Source: the human T2T-CHM13v2.0 reference genome, Homo sapiens. From it: a stretch of DNA of 64,000 nt. The stretch is from assembly GCF_009914755.1 (NCBI RefSeq), contig NC_060927.1; one strand, 5' to 3'. The notes under the pieces are model-generated. The model worked only from the letters and a program-made list of their open reading frames with translations. It was not told where the DNA came from and did not search any database. Of the stretch, positions 1 through 14,595 are shown piece by piece. The position numbers and the translations under genes are program-made. The first letter of the stretch is position 1. Each line of letters starts with the position of its first letter.

Positions 1-255
1 GGTTGTGAGCTGAGACTCAGCCTCGACTGCCTGACACCCATGGGTTTTAGTACTTCCCATGTGGCTGCTTGAGCTTCTTTACAGTGTGATTGTTGGGTTC
101 TCAGAGTTAGTATTCCAAGAGGCAAGGTGGAAGCTGCAAATCTTGATATAATCTAGACTTGAACGTCTCCATAGTTTACTTTTGCTGCATGTGACTGTTC
201 AAATGAGTCACTGAGGCCAGCCTAGATGCATGGAGAGGGGAACAGACTCCACAGG
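1..255 (-). mobile_element. ERVL-MaLR LTR fragment (MLT1H/I/J-like)
   Basis: Motifs tggctgcttgagcttc, ggaagctgca and ggaggggaacagactccac typical of old MLT1 LTRs. Confidence 0.55.
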
Positions 256-339
256 TGGTCTGGAGGATCTCTCTGAGGAGATGATTTTGAAACTATTAAT
301 GTATCTTGAAGAATGATTTTAGTACCAACTAGGTAAAAA

Positions 340-628
340 GCACTAGGTAGGGCTTCTAGGCAGAAAGAACAACAAATGCCAAGGCCATGAGGAAGAAAAG
401 AACGTGGCATGACTGCAGGACAGTTTGTTGAAAGGCCACTGTGACTGCAGCACTGTGGGCTGGAGAAGCTTAGTGGTAGATGAGTTGAAAAGATAAGCAG
501 TGACTGGCTGACATAGCCCACATTAAGGAGTGCAGATTTTATTCTAAGTGCGGTGAGAAGCCCTTCAAGGATTTTTAAACAGGAGTGACATGATCTGATT
601 TACTTTTGAGAGTTTACATTGACAGCTA
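340..628 (-). mobile_element. L2 fragment
   Basis: gattttattctaagtg...tttaaacaggagtgacatgatctgattt matches the L2 3' region in antisense. Confidence 0.65.
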
Positions 629-875
629 TATTAGCTTGCTAGGGCTTCCGTAAAATAATACTACAGACTGGGTGACTTAAACAACAGAAATTTATTTTCT
701 CATAGTCTGGAAGCTGGAAGTCCAAAATCAAGGTGTCGGCAAATATGATTTCTTGGGGCTTCTCTCCTTGGCTTGCAGATGGCCACATTCTCACTGTGTC
801 CTCTCTGTGTGCACACATTTTCTCTGTGTGCATGCATCCCTGGATGTCTTTCTGTGTGTCAAAATCCCTCTGATC
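629..875 (-). mobile_element. MLT1A/B-like LTR fragment
   Basis: tattagcttgctagggct...cttaaacaacagaaatttatt...gctggaagtccaaaatcaaggtg. Confidence 0.75.
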
Positions 876-993
876 ACATATGCTGGCTGCTATTTGAGAA
901 GGCCATCCTCTGGCCAGCCTGGTCCTGGAATATTTCTGCACAATCTACCACTGGATGCAATGGTGCATAAAGTGGTTCATCTGTCTAAAGGGG

Positions 994-1347
994 TGTATTA
1001 GTCAGTTTTCATGTTGCTCATAAAGATATACCTGAGACTGGGCAATTTACAAAAGAAAGAGGTTTAATTGGACCCACAGTTCCACGTGGCTGGGGAGGCC
1101 TTACAATCATCGCAGAAGGCAAGGAAGAGCAAGTCACATCTTATGTGGATGGCAGCAGGTAAAGAGAGCTTGTGGAGGGAAACTCTCCGTTTTAAAAACC
1201 ATCAGATCTCATGAGACTTATTCACTGTCACAAAAACAGTAGAGGAAAGACCTGCCCCGATGATTCAATTACCTCCCACTGGGCACCTCCCATAACATGT
1301 CGGAATTCAAGATGAGATTGGGGTGGGGACACAGCCAAACCATATCA
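994..1347 (-). mobile_element. THE1 (THE1A-like) solo LTR
   Basis: Complete TG...CA element tgtattagtc...acagccaaaccatatca, 354 bp; imperfect 5 bp TSD agggg/aaggg. Confidence 0.9.
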
Positions 1348-1693
1348 AAGGGCTAAAGAAAAAAATATCCCTTATTTTAACCTCTACTTTCCCCTTACCC
1401 TATCCTCATGCAATGGACTACCTAAGAGGTGGGGAAGGGAAGATTTGCCAATTACTACCAAGGGAGTTAAAAACTTGAAAGCAGCAAAAGAGGAGTATTT
1501 TTGATGTTCAGGTTTTCTTAAGCAAGGCCACATTGTGCTCAGAATAAATTATACAAGACAGAAGGAGAGAAAAGTTATAGGCTAAATACTATTTATCTAG
1601 TAGGGGTGAGGTTGGGAAGATAGAGTTGGAAGAACAATATCATCAGGGTCTTAGGGAGTGAAGTTTCTCTGGCACACACACAAGACAGAACTT

Positions 1694-2170
1694 TGGTGGT
1701 TTAAAATATGTCCAAAAGTGCTTGGCAGTCCTCCTAATTTCCATCCCCGACTTGAGTGTGGGGCTGGACTTACTGATTTACTTCTAACCAGTAGATATAA
1801 TGAGACTGATCATGTATGACTTCCAAGACTAGATCATAAGACACACTTAAGCTTCCTTCTTTCTTAGGTCACTCATTCTGGGAAAAGCCAGCTGCCATGT
1901 CATGAGGATATACCAAACAGTATATGGAGAGGCCATATGGTGAGAAATTGAGGGCTTCCACCAACAGCCATGTGCTCCTCCTGCCCCAGTTAAACCTTCA
2001 GTTGACCATAGACCCAGCTGGCATCTTGACTGCAACTACATGAGAGACCCTAAGCCAGAGCCCAGCTATGTCTCAAATTCCTAATTCACAGAAATTGTGG
2101 AGATAGTAAATATTTTTTTTGTGTTAAGCCACTAGATTTTAGGGGTAATTTTTTGTGCTACAATAGATCA
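1694..2170 (+). mobile_element. MLT1F/G-like LTR
   Basis: tggtggtttaaaatatgtcc start; gccagctgccatgtcatgagg; ttaagccactagattttaggggtaattt end. Confidence 0.7.
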
Positions 2171-2931
2171 TTATTTGATTATTAGTGGGGGTGGGGAGAT
2201 AGAACAGGAAGAATCCATCATGAAGATTTTAGGAAGCAAAATTGCTCTAGCACATGACATATAACAGGTATCAACATTTCTTGCCTCTTCTGTCTACTGA
2301 ATTGAAACAAAATACTGGAGATAATCTACATATTATCTACAGAATTCTCATGGAACCAGAATTTCTGGGTCAAAAGATAACTCAGAGAGTTGAAAAATCT
2401 TCATTTTTTCCCATAATAGATAGGGAAACCTAGATTCAGAGAAAATAAGTGATTTTCCCGAAGTTCTTTTATCCAGTTTGGAGGAATCCTGGTTTAAGTT
2501 GTAGGCAACAGGCAAATTCGGAAAAGTTATTGATATCAGGAATTTCCAGCTGGCCTAGGTAATAATGTTTTCTGCACATCACCAATACTGAGGGTTCACA
2601 AACATATTTACAATAGCCAGGAGACAAAGCTGTCTGTGGAATTACAATTCAGTATCAATATGTAAAACTGATTTGTTGTTTGTTTAAGGAAAATTGTTGC
2701 AATCTTTCCTTAAGCAAGTTGTAAGTCCCCAAGACACAGAAAGTGTTGACTCATATTGAGCGGCTTCATGTAAACAATTGGTTTGCCATCTGACAACTCT
2801 AGCCTTCAAAAGGCCCTGGAATGCAAAGACTGGTTAAGGAAAACCTCTAGACTGGAGATGTCCCATGGAGGTTCCCCAGCTATTAAGCTTGTTCTTCAGC
2901 TCTTGAGAAGATTGCTTTTCTGAAACAATAA

Positions 2932-2988
2932 TTTTTTTGCCATCACTTTCAATGGCAAAAACTACAATTACTTTTACACCAACCTAAT
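2932..2988. mobile_element. MADE1 (Hsmar1 MITE), partial
   Basis: ttttgccatcactttcaatggcaaaaactacaattacttttacaccaacctaa followed by TA; one terminal inverted repeat (TIR) is largely missing. Confidence 0.85.
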
Positions 2989-3244
2989 AATAAGGGATGG
3001 TCTGACTTTATGGAGTCCTAGATCATTTCAATTTGGTGATGTTCAGGCTTTCTTAAGTTCCATGCCTTAAGCACTTTTTTTGAGCCAGCAAATAGACACC
3101 TTTATACCAATTTGATACCCAGAAATACTCAGGTAGAAGCTTCTTCAGAGACCTGCTCTAATTTCTCTAACCATCACCATCTTTTTATAAGTAGTAATAA
3201 GTAGTAATCTGGAGTTCTATAAACTTGACTTTTATACATCACTG

Positions 3245-3510
3245 TGCACAACCCAGCTTCTGTCCTCCTCTCCCACTCACTCAGGTACCACTGTGCCCCT
3301 TGATCACTCCACTCCAGACACATTGACCTTCCTTTTGTTCCTAAAATAAGACAGATTCTTTCCCATCTGAGATCCTTTCCATCTGCTTTTCTTTCCATCT
3401 GGAATATTCTCATCTCATGGCTCTTAGAATGGCAGTTTAATGCTCAGTGTTTCAATGTTCACGTATCAATTCAAATGACCCCACCTCTTAGAGAAGCCTT
3501 CCCTGTGTGG
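3245..3510 (+). mobile_element. L2 fragment
   Basis: ctccactccagacacattgaccttcc...tcttagagaagccttccctg. Confidence 0.65.
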
Positions 3511-3530
3511 GCACCCCTCCCTTTCCCATC

Positions 3531-3931
3531 TGTGACAGTCAGTTGTATGTGTCAGCATGGCTAGGCTATAGCTCCCAGTTATTCAATGGAGCACTAGTCT
3601 AGGTGTTTCTGGGAAGGTATTTTGTGGGTGTGATTAAAGTCCATAATCTTTCAGTAAGGAAAATTATTCTCCATAGTCTGGGTGGACCTGACCTAATCAG
3701 TTGAAAGGTCTTAAAACTAGAGTTGAGGTTTCTCTGAGGAAGATGAAATTCTGTCTTTCAACAGCAGATTCAGTTGTGCTCAAGACTTCCAGCCATCCTT
3801 CCTGATAGCCAGTTCTACAGATTTCAGACTGGCCTAGCCAGCTCCTATACCTGCTCAAGACAATTCTCTGCAATAAATCTCTTAATATATTCTACTGGTT
3901 CTTTTTCTGTGGTGGAGCCCTGTGTGATATA
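3531..3931 (+). mobile_element. MLT2 (ERVL) solo LTR
   Basis: tgtgacagtcagttgtatgtgtcagcatggctaggcta...gcaataaatctctt...ctactggttct. Confidence 0.75.
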
Positions 3932-3966
3932 ACTCTCCAGTTACACCATTTATTTTCTTAGTGCTC

Positions 3967-4920
<954 letters not shown>

Positions 4921-5964
4921 AATTTACCTTACTTCTTGTCCATCTCCCCATCTAGTCTGGAGGTTCCATGAGGATGGGGACCTTATATGTCAATTTCATG
5001 GCTATATCCCATTTCCTGAAACAATGTCTGGAAATGAAAAGGTCTTTAGTAGATATTTATTAAGTGAATTAATAAATGAATATATTATGTCACCTGTACA
5101 GTTATGCTTTCTGCCTTGAGAGGCCCGAATCACCCTTCACATGCAGAAATTGGGTTTCTGTTTTTCAACAGTTGAATCAGTGCTTCAAACGATGGCATCC
5201 GAGTGTGTGGTCTGTTGGCTAAGGGTTCCATTTTTCACATTGCTGTTGTTGTCTGCCCAGTAGAGTGTTGGTTTGTGTGATTATTTGACTATTTTAGGAG
5301 CTCATTGCTCTTATTATTTTGTAAAAATGAACGAAAATGGAAAAGCAAAAGTGCTGATAGTGGTGATAAGATTCTTGTCTCATAAACTTAGTATAATCAC
5401 ACCGCAAAATAAATCACAAGACAAGCCAAATGCAGCAGATCTTCAGCCCTGATCAGAAGCGCATAGAACGCAGGCTGCCTGGCTGTCGAATCATGCAAGG
5501 AGAAAAAGGAGCAATAATAAGAACATGCGTGAAATCCTAAGGCTCTGTCGCTGAGGACTGGTTACAGTGGAATTAGAAATTTTTTTCTTTCAGCATCTGG
5601 AGGCAGTAATCACTTTTAACAAGTGAATCTATTGTTTGATTTGGGGCATTGGCTTTTTGTTCTGCCTGCAATTTAAGGCACAGCTCAAGTGTCACCTCTT
5701 CCCTGAAGACTTTCCAGCTCCTTTTCCCCCAGCCCCACCCCTGAGAACTATTTTTTTGTTTTTTCCCCTGTGCTCCCAGGAGTGTGTTGTTTGAAACCAT
5801 TTTAAGTATGTGTTTTCACTCTCCTTTTAATTTTACTCACCTACTACAATTGTTTCCTCCTTTAAATAGCAAATTCCTTGAAAATAGGAAATGCTTTACA
5901 CTCCCTTCCTGCAAATATCCCAAACTCCGTTATAGGGAGCTCAGTGCTAGCGTGGAAGTTAATG

Positions 5965-6170
5965 TGGACTTGATGTTAAAAGCCCGGGTTTAGAACCCAG
6001 CTCTGCCCTTTGAAAACTTTGTGCCCTTTGATATACAATTGCATTCCTCTCCAAGGCTCAGTTTCCTCACCTGTCAAATGGGAACACAACTGTCTACTGA
6101 GAGGTTTATATGGGTTACTATTGGGGAACAATTGGAACTGTAAAATGCCAGCTCCGTGGAAGGTCTTAAT
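5965..6170 (+). mobile_element. MIR
   Basis: Core ctcagtttcctcacctgtcaaatggg. Confidence 0.7.
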
Positions 6171-6689
6171 GATGTCTAAGCAGAAACAATGATCAAACAT
6201 GTTGGTTGAATGAATGTCTTTGTTAGCTCGAAATCTCAAGAGTTGAAAAAGAATATCAAGATATCTCTATATAAGAATACAGAGTTTTTACATAGGCAAG
6301 AATGTCTCTGGATTCTGATGGAATAGGCCCCTCCACTCTAATCTCACCCTTCTACCAAGTAGGATTGAATCTATCTGCTCCTGAACAAATTCTGTCCCGA
6401 CCTGGCCCAATGCCTTAAGCCTTCACCATTACTCCTGTAGGCTGATACATTCTGTTCATTGTCTCTGGGCTGAAATCAGTGGGCCTCCAGACAGGCTTAG
6501 TAGGTCAAGTTGGGGTGAAGAAAAAGCAATGCATTTGGGGCCTGGCGGCAAAGCCTTCTACAGCCCTGCCACATACCACCTACTTGACCCCCAACCTCAA
6601 CATTCTGTAATTCAACCTTTCTTAGCTTCAGTTTTCTCATCTAGGAGTCATGCATGATAAGCACACCCTCTCTCACAAGATTACTAAGG

Positions 6690-6733
6690 CACAGTTTCTC
6701 AACCTCAGCACTATCAACATTCTGGTTAGATAA

Positions 6734-6788
<55 letters not shown>

Positions 6789-6940
6789 TAGGGAGACTAC
6801 CCTGTGCATTACAAGATGTTTATCAGCATCTCTATTCTCCAGCTACTAGATGCCAGTAGCACCTTCTACCGGTTGTGACAACCAAAAACATCTCCAAATA
6901 TTTCCTGGGAAACAAAATTGCCCATAGTCAGGAAACACCA
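6690..6940. mobile_element. MER20 containing a (TG)n tract, splitting a MIR
   Basis: cagtttctcaacctcagcactat...ttgtgacaaccaaaaacatctcca. Confidence 0.8.
6737..6788 (+). repeat. (TG)22 perfect microsatellite plus short imperfect extension
   Basis: Direct reading. Confidence 0.98.
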
Positions 6941-7259
6941 CAGTAAGGATTAAAATCAGTAATTCCTATGTGAGCCTTTGTAAATCTGAGAGCCCAATAC
7001 AAGTGTTAGTTTTAATTATTTTGCTCTGATTTCAGAGAAAATTAAATTTCCCTCTTCTGTGATTCCTTAGCACTTAAAAAATAATAACAGCTAGCAATAA
7101 TTGAATACTTGTTATGTGGTAGGCTCTGGTATTGTCTTATTTCGCACATAAGAAAACTAAGCCTCTGAGTGGCATGCCCAAGATTACAAGAGTAAGCAGT
7201 CAAGGCAAAATTTGAACCCACAATGTTTGTTCAATGAGTCTAAACCCATGCTCTCAACT

Positions 7260-7806
7260 TGCATTAGTTATTTATTGCTGTATAACAAATTATCACAACT
7301 TAGCAGCTTAAAACAGCATACATTTGTTTTCTCACTGTATCTGTAGGTAAGGAATCTGGGCACAACTTAGGAGGTCCTCTGAATAACTACAACCAAGGTT
7401 TTGGCCAGGACTGAGGTCTCATTTGAATGCTCAACTGAGCTACTTTCCAGTTCACATGGCTGTTGGCAGAATCCAGTTGTTTTTAGGTTGTAAGACAGAG
7501 CCTCAGGTCCCTACTTGCTGTCAGCTGGAGGTCACCCTCAGTTCCTTGCCAGTTGAGCCTCACTGTAGGATAGCTCACAACATGGCAACTTGCTTCAACA
7601 AGTCTAGCAAAGGAGAGAGACTGTTAGCAATACGGACATTGCAATTTTATGTAACATAATCATGGAAGTGACACGTTATCACCTTTGCTATATTCTATTG
7701 GTTAAAAGCAAGTTGCTTGGCCAACCCACCATCACACAGTGGGATCACAGGGGCAGACATACCAGGAGGTGAGGATCCTTGAGGCCATCTAAGAGTCAGC
7801 CTACCA
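7260..7806 (-). mobile_element. MLT1E/F-like LTR
   Basis: tgcattagttatttattgctgtataacaaatta...ggctgttggcagaatccagtt...gtcagcctacca. Confidence 0.75.
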
Positions 7807-7924
7807 ATCCATGCTGTCCTGCTTCCTGCTTAGCCCACTTATTACAAATGTGTAAGCCTCTTTCAGCTACTAGCCCAAGTGCTGTTTTTAGGGTTTTGTT
7901 TTTGCTTTGTAGATTGTCTGCATC

Positions 7925-8100
7925 TTCACAGGCTGCAATAACAAAATACCATAGAGTAAATAGCTTAAACAACAGACAATTCTTTCTCACATTTCTGGAG
8001 GCTGGGAGATTCAGGATCAAGGTGCCTACTGATTCATTTTTCTGATGAGGGCTCTCTTTCTGGCTTGCAGACAGACACCTTCTTGCTGTGTCTTCAGACA

Positions 8101-8142
<42 letters not shown>

Positions 8143-8248
8143 CACCCTTCCTCCCCTTGTAACGCCATGAATCTTGTGATGAGGGTTCTATGCTCATGAC
8201 CTCATCTAAATCTAATTATCTCCCAAAGGTCCCATCCCCAAATACCAG
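7925..8248 (-). mobile_element. MLT1A-like LTR with (GA)n at ~8104-8140
   Basis: ggctgcaataacaaaataccatag...atgacctcatctaaatctaattatctcccaaagg. Confidence 0.8.
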
Positions 8249-8279
8249 AGAGAGGGATGTTGATTCTTCTAGGATAGGC

Positions 8280-9091
<812 letters not shown>

Positions 9092-9497
9092 GGAATAAGC
9101 ATCTTTTTTATATACCTATCTTGGAACCTAAGCCAAGGCTTGGTACTTGGTAGGTCTCAGAAACTGTAGGCTGAGTGAATGAAAAACACATGCATAGGAA
9201 CAGAGGAAAAAGTTCCAAGAGATTGGGACCCAGGACTGGTAAACATTAAGGGGGGTTGTGGAGGCACTCTGAAATAAGGAAAATGGAAGTCTGCCTGAGT
9301 CAAGCAATATGACAGAAACATGGGCTTTGAAGTTCAATAAACTACACTGTTGAATCAATCTCTGCAAGCAGCATTTTCTCTCTTGCAAGTGGGAATATTG
9401 TTGATACCTGCCTCAAAGTGGTGTTGTGAGGACTGGAGAAGGTAATGCATGAAAGTCCCTCACATAGTTTATGTTTAGATCAGTGGATGGCAAAATC

Positions 9498-10965
9498 TGT
9501 ATTAGTCTCTTTTGCTGCTATAACAAATGACCACTATCGGAAGAACCAGCCCCAATATTTCAATGTAGGTTCTTTTCTATTTCCCCTAAGTGTTGGCCAG
9601 TCTGCGAAATAAAGAGAAAGAGTACAAAAGAGAGAAATTTTATAGCTGGGCCTCCGGGGGTGACATCACATGTCGGCAGGTTCCATGATGCCCCTTGAGC
9701 CACAAAACTGCAAGTTTTTATTAAGGACTTCAAAAGGGGAGGGGGTACGAATAGGGAGTGGGTCACAGAGATCACATGCTTCCTAGGGCAATAAAAGATC
9801 ACAAGACAAGTGGCAGAGCAAGATCACAAGGCCAGGGCGAAATCAGAATTACTGATGAGGTTCCATGTCCTGCTGGGCACACATTGTCATTGATAAACAT
9901 GTTAACAGGAAACAAGGTTAGAGAGCAGACAACTTGTCTGACTAGAATTTGCCAGGCTGGAATTTCCTAATCCTAGCAAGCCTGAGGGCACTGCAGGAGA
10001 CCAGGGCGTATTTCATCCCTTATCTTCAACCGCATAAGACAGACACTCCCAGAGCGGCCATTTTACAGACCTTCCCCTGGGAATACATTCCTTTCCCAGG
10101 TTTATTCCTTGCTGGGAAAAGAATTCCGCGATATTTCTCCTATTCGCCTTCTGCAAGAAGAGAAATATGACTCTGTTCTGCCTGGCCCCACAGGCAGTCA
10201 GATCTTATGGTTATCTCCCTTGTTCCCTGAAAATCACTGTTATCCTGTTCTTTTTTAGGATGCCCAGATTTCATATTGTTCAAACACACATGTTTTACAA
10301 ACAATTTGTGCAGTTAATGCAATTATCACAGGGTCCTGAGGTGACATATATCTTCAGTTTACGAAGATGATGGGATTAAGAGATTAAAGTAAAGACAGGC
10401 ATAGGAAATTATAAGAGTATTGATTGGGGAAGTGATAAATGTCTGTGAAATCTTCACAATTTATGTTCTTCTGCCACAGCTTCAGCCGGTCCCTCCATTT
10501 GGGGTCCCTGACTTCCCACAGCAGACGACAAACACAGTGGGCTTAAAACAATGTGAATTTATTATCCTATAGTTCTGGAATAAAAATACTGGGCTAAAAT
10601 CAAGGTGTCAGCCTATCTTCCTTTTGGAGGCTCTAGGGGAAAATCTGCTTCCTTGCTTTGTCCAACTTCTAGAGACTGCCGGCATTCCTTGGCTTGTGGT
10701 CCCTTCTTCCAGCTTCAAGGCCAGAAGTGTGGCATCTTCTCTTTTCTCTGACCTCAGCTTCCATCCTTACATCTTCTCTCTCTGATTCTGATGCTTCTGC
10801 TGATCTCTCACAAGGACTCTTCTGATTACATTGGGCCCACCAGGATAACCTCCCCATCTCAAGACCCTCAACATAATCACATCTGCAGAATTCCTTTTAC
10901 AGTGGAAAGTAATATATTCACAGGTTCCAGGGATTAGGATATGGACATCTTTGGAGGGCCATTAT
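9498..10965 (-). mobile_element. MLT1C/D-like LTR interrupted by MER11
   Basis: tgtattagtct...taacaaatgaccac, resumes at ~10530 (aaacacagtgggcttaaaacaa...ggattaggatatggacatctttgg). Confidence 0.8.
9535..10523 (-). mobile_element. MER11 (HERV-K11/HML-8) solo LTR
   Basis: Ends ggggtccctgacttcccacagca, the reverse complement of the MER11 5' end; ~990 bp; 6 bp TSD gaccac/gacgac typical of ERVK. Confidence 0.9.
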
Positions 10966-11104
10966 TATTATTATTATTTAATTTAAAAAGAGACAGTATC
11001 TCACTATATTGCCCAGGCTGGTCTTGAACTCCTGGGCTCGAGTGATCCTCTTTCCTCAGCCTACCAAAGTGTTGGGATTACAGGTGTGAGCCACCGTGCT
11101 GGCC
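10966..11104 (-). mobile_element. Alu monomer (FLAM-like)
   Basis: Single left arm in antisense; flanks ggagggccatt/ggaggccatt resemble a TSD. Confidence 0.85.
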
Positions 11105-11149
11105 TGGAGGCCATTGTTCAACCTGCAAAAATATGCTGTCTGTTCCCAA

Positions 11150-11780
11150 AGTTTTATGTCTATCTCAACTGCATTGACCCATTCTTAAAAACTCCCAACC
11201 CATTACAGCAATCAACCTGAATCCAAAATCTCATCTAAGTCTTATCAGGTCAAAAGTTTCATTTCTCATCACATAAATCATCGAATATAGGCATGGGTGA
11301 AGCTCTGGGTATAGTCCAGTGTGTGGCACAATTTCTCTCTATCTGTGGACCTATGAAGCTAGCAAAGAAATTATCTGCTCCCAAAATACAAAATGAAACA
11401 CACTCCACCAGGGTAACAGCACTCCCATTCAAAACGAGAGAAGAAGGAAAGAAAAAAAAGAGTCCCTGGTCCCAAATGTTTTCTAAATCCAACCAGAAAA
11501 ACTCCATTAGGTTTCAAGGCATGGCTCTCAGCTCTGCCTTCAGAGCCTATAAGGTCTGCTCTCACAGTCATCTTTCCTTCTTCATAAAGGGTAATACTTG
11601 TTTGCAGCTGTAGTTTCACCCACCTGTTTCCTGTCTGTAGAATTTTGGTGATCTGACAACCTTCTTTCATTTTGTTCTCTCTGTCCCTTTCAGGTCAAGC
11701 TGGCAGTGTTTTGGGGCACATACCATTCTTAAAAGCCTTGTGAGTTTCCTGCATATGTCACATGGACTCACTCCATTTGA
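11150..11780. mobile_element. MaLR-derived segment (subfamily uncertain)
   Basis: ctcatctaag...atgggtgaagctctggg...ttatctgctcccaaaatacaa...ctcccattcaaaacgagagaa resembles MLT1-associated sequence. Confidence 0.45.
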
Positions 11781-11785
11781 CCATC

Positions 11786-11984
11786 AGGCCAAATCAAACC
11801 TATTGCCTCTTTTTGTAAATGAAGTTTTATTGCAACACAGACACACCTACCTGTTCATTTACATATTGTTGATGGCTATTTACATGATATAACAGAGTGA
11901 AGGGTTGCAACAGAGACAGTGTGGCTCAAAAGCTGAGACTATTTACTATCTAACCCTTTTCAGAAAATGTTTGCTGATGACTGG
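11786..11984. mobile_element. MER58A (hAT-Charlie)
   Basis: ggccaaatc...tttgtaaatgaagttttattg...tatttactatct...aaaatgtttgctga. Confidence 0.8.
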
Positions 11985-13412
11985 CCCAGAGCCAAAACCC
12001 AAATAAGTAGTAGCGTTTAAACAAATGACAGGCTTGGGTGGGTTGCAAAAGCGGGGCCGCTTGGAGGTAGTGAATATTTCAGATGTTGTGCGGGAGGTGT
12101 GAGGAGAAAAGTGAGAAGCGGTGAGGGACGAAGGAAGAGGAAGTGAGAGCCATGGACTTCAGAAGTAAACTTGAACTTCTTGGCAAGTTACCTTGGAAGC
12201 CTGGGGCCAGGGTCATTAAGCAGCAAGATTACCATGAAGGAAAAGAGTGAACCAAAAGAAAGTAAGGGGAGAAATTCAAACTGGGCTCAATTGTGACAGA
12301 AAAGAAAAATCACACCTAGAGCAGTACACTGAGTCCCTTAGTATGCAAGAACCACATTGCCTCCTCCTCATCCTCCCTCTGAAAAGAAGCCCGCTGTGCA
12401 CACCTATGGGACAGCCTTTGCTTAATTCTATGTGCCAGCGGCAGCTTCCCAGTAAGCCTTCTCCCCTTTGCTTTTGCTCCGTGGAAATGAGAACACGCCA
12501 AGGGTGACGTTTGTGTGTGGGTTTTGGCGCTTTCACAAAAAGCTTCATTAGCCTTATTTAGAATATGATTGCTCCTTCAATCCCTGTGCATAAATGGATT
12601 TCAGGTGACCATGCCTGTCACAGGCCCCTGCTCGCCTGGTTACTGGCTTGAGGTATTCTTTGGTTTAAACAAAGCAGGACAAATAAAGAGCAAAGACCCA
12701 CTCAGGGCCCTAGATGTTCATAGAAACTGATTTCCCCTTAAAAAAACAGCTCACTGTGGGAGTTGTAAATAGGAAGAAATGAACCATTTAAGAGAGTCTT
12801 TGAGACTACTGCCTGTTGGAATGGAACCAGTTTGGGGTTTGGGGTGGAGGTGGCATGTCAAATTTGTGGTTACTTCCTAAACACACACAAACTGTTTCAA
12901 TATCTGATTTGAATATGCTACAACTGCCCCCTGCCAAAACCCTGCCCAGCAGTCTTTCTCCCCACAAACAGCTAAGCCAAGAACCCCAGGACAATTTGCT
13001 GTCTGTGCTGATAGACTATCTGGGGTTTCTAAAGCAGGCGATGTATTCTATTTCAGGAAATCAGACCAAATAAAAATCATTCCAATTAAAAAGTGCCACT
13101 GGGCAAGTAGAACAGCAAGTGCCCACCTCACACAAAACAGACCAACCACAAAGTGCAGGCTTTCATATATGTTGTTGATGGCAGAGTCACTGCCTTAGAG
13201 CCTCGAGTTTATTCAATGGGATAAAAGTTGCCTGGTAAATTGGGCTGAGAGGATTTTTTCCCAGAAGGCCATCACAAGGCATTTTGATGTACTTATCATT
13301 TACAAGAGCCTAGAGGAATCTAAAAGTGATTTTGATTTCAAATACTATAGAACCCAGTTATTATATAGCTTATTAATACTGAGCTTCAAATAACCATCAG
13401 ATATATTCTGAG

Positions 13413-13463
13413 ACACACACATATGCACACACATACACATACACACACATACACACACACACA
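13413..13463 (+). repeat. Imperfect (CA)n microsatellite
   Basis: Direct reading. Confidence 0.9.
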
Positions 13464-14595
13464 CCCTCTGTACAGGCTTGTAATATGAGGCCTGTGATGG
13501 TGATGTCTCATGTTATTTAGGGAGTCGGGTTCTAAATTTCTACAAAGATGAAAATTGTGTACAGTTAAAGGTGCATTTGGAAAATCCCTTCAAATGCCCA
13601 CTAGCACAGTGAGGTGCTTGCACCGTGAGAGGTAGGAAGTAAATCTGATTACTTCAGCTCTCACATGCCCCTTGCAGGTGAGGATGGGCAGAACCAACAC
13701 CATGTCAGCCCTCTTTTTCACTCTTCTTGCTGAGGGCATGGAGATGAATTCACTTTAGTTAACTGTATAGGTTATATAATTTCACCTTGATCAGCTCACC
13801 CCCAGGAGGGTTAGTCCTGTCTACAAATACAAAAGCCACTCGTGTCTTTTTTGTAGGAAAAATTCCTCACTACCTGGTAAGGAAGACCCTCCATTGTCTC
13901 AGCCACTAAAAACACTCCCAGTGTCTTCCATCCCTTTTTCTTCCCCTTTCTCTCCTAAAAAGACTGACTTTGGCTTTTGAAAATTGGTTAAACCTTCTCT
14001 CTCTCCCTCTTTTCTCTCTTTCTCATTAGCATTTCTAAGTGTAATGTTCAAAGCTTCCAATGGGGACAATGCCCTGAAATTTCAGACAGCTCCAAAGGAC
14101 TCCTTCCCACGCTGATGTAGGCACTTGAGTTTTGAATTAGCAATTTCCCAGCACAACCTGAATTCTAGAAGTTAGGTTACAAGTGGATTGATGAACTTTA
14201 TTATTCAGACCTTTTCAGTTAAAAGTGCCAGAAACCAACTCAAAGCTTAAGTAAAATGGGGAAGTTTTTTTGACTCATGCGAGTGAAAATTTGAATGTGG
14301 TATTAGCCTTGGGATGCTAGTGAATCGAATGACAAGGATCTCTTTTCCCTCCCCTTGCCTTCCTCTTTTCCACTGTCCCTTCCTCCCTCCCCATCTCTTC
14401 TTCCTTCCTTTCCCCCTTTCTCCCTCCCCTGCATAGACTTAGCTTCTCTTTTCTCTGTAGGTTGGGGCTGATTCCCTCTTACAAGAGGACTCCATTCATT
14501 TATGGGGTTGGGTGAACTGCATCCTTCACTCACATCATCACATCTTAGGGCCGTCCAAGGAAACAGTGATTTCTCTCTTCTGGTGCCCAAAGGTG

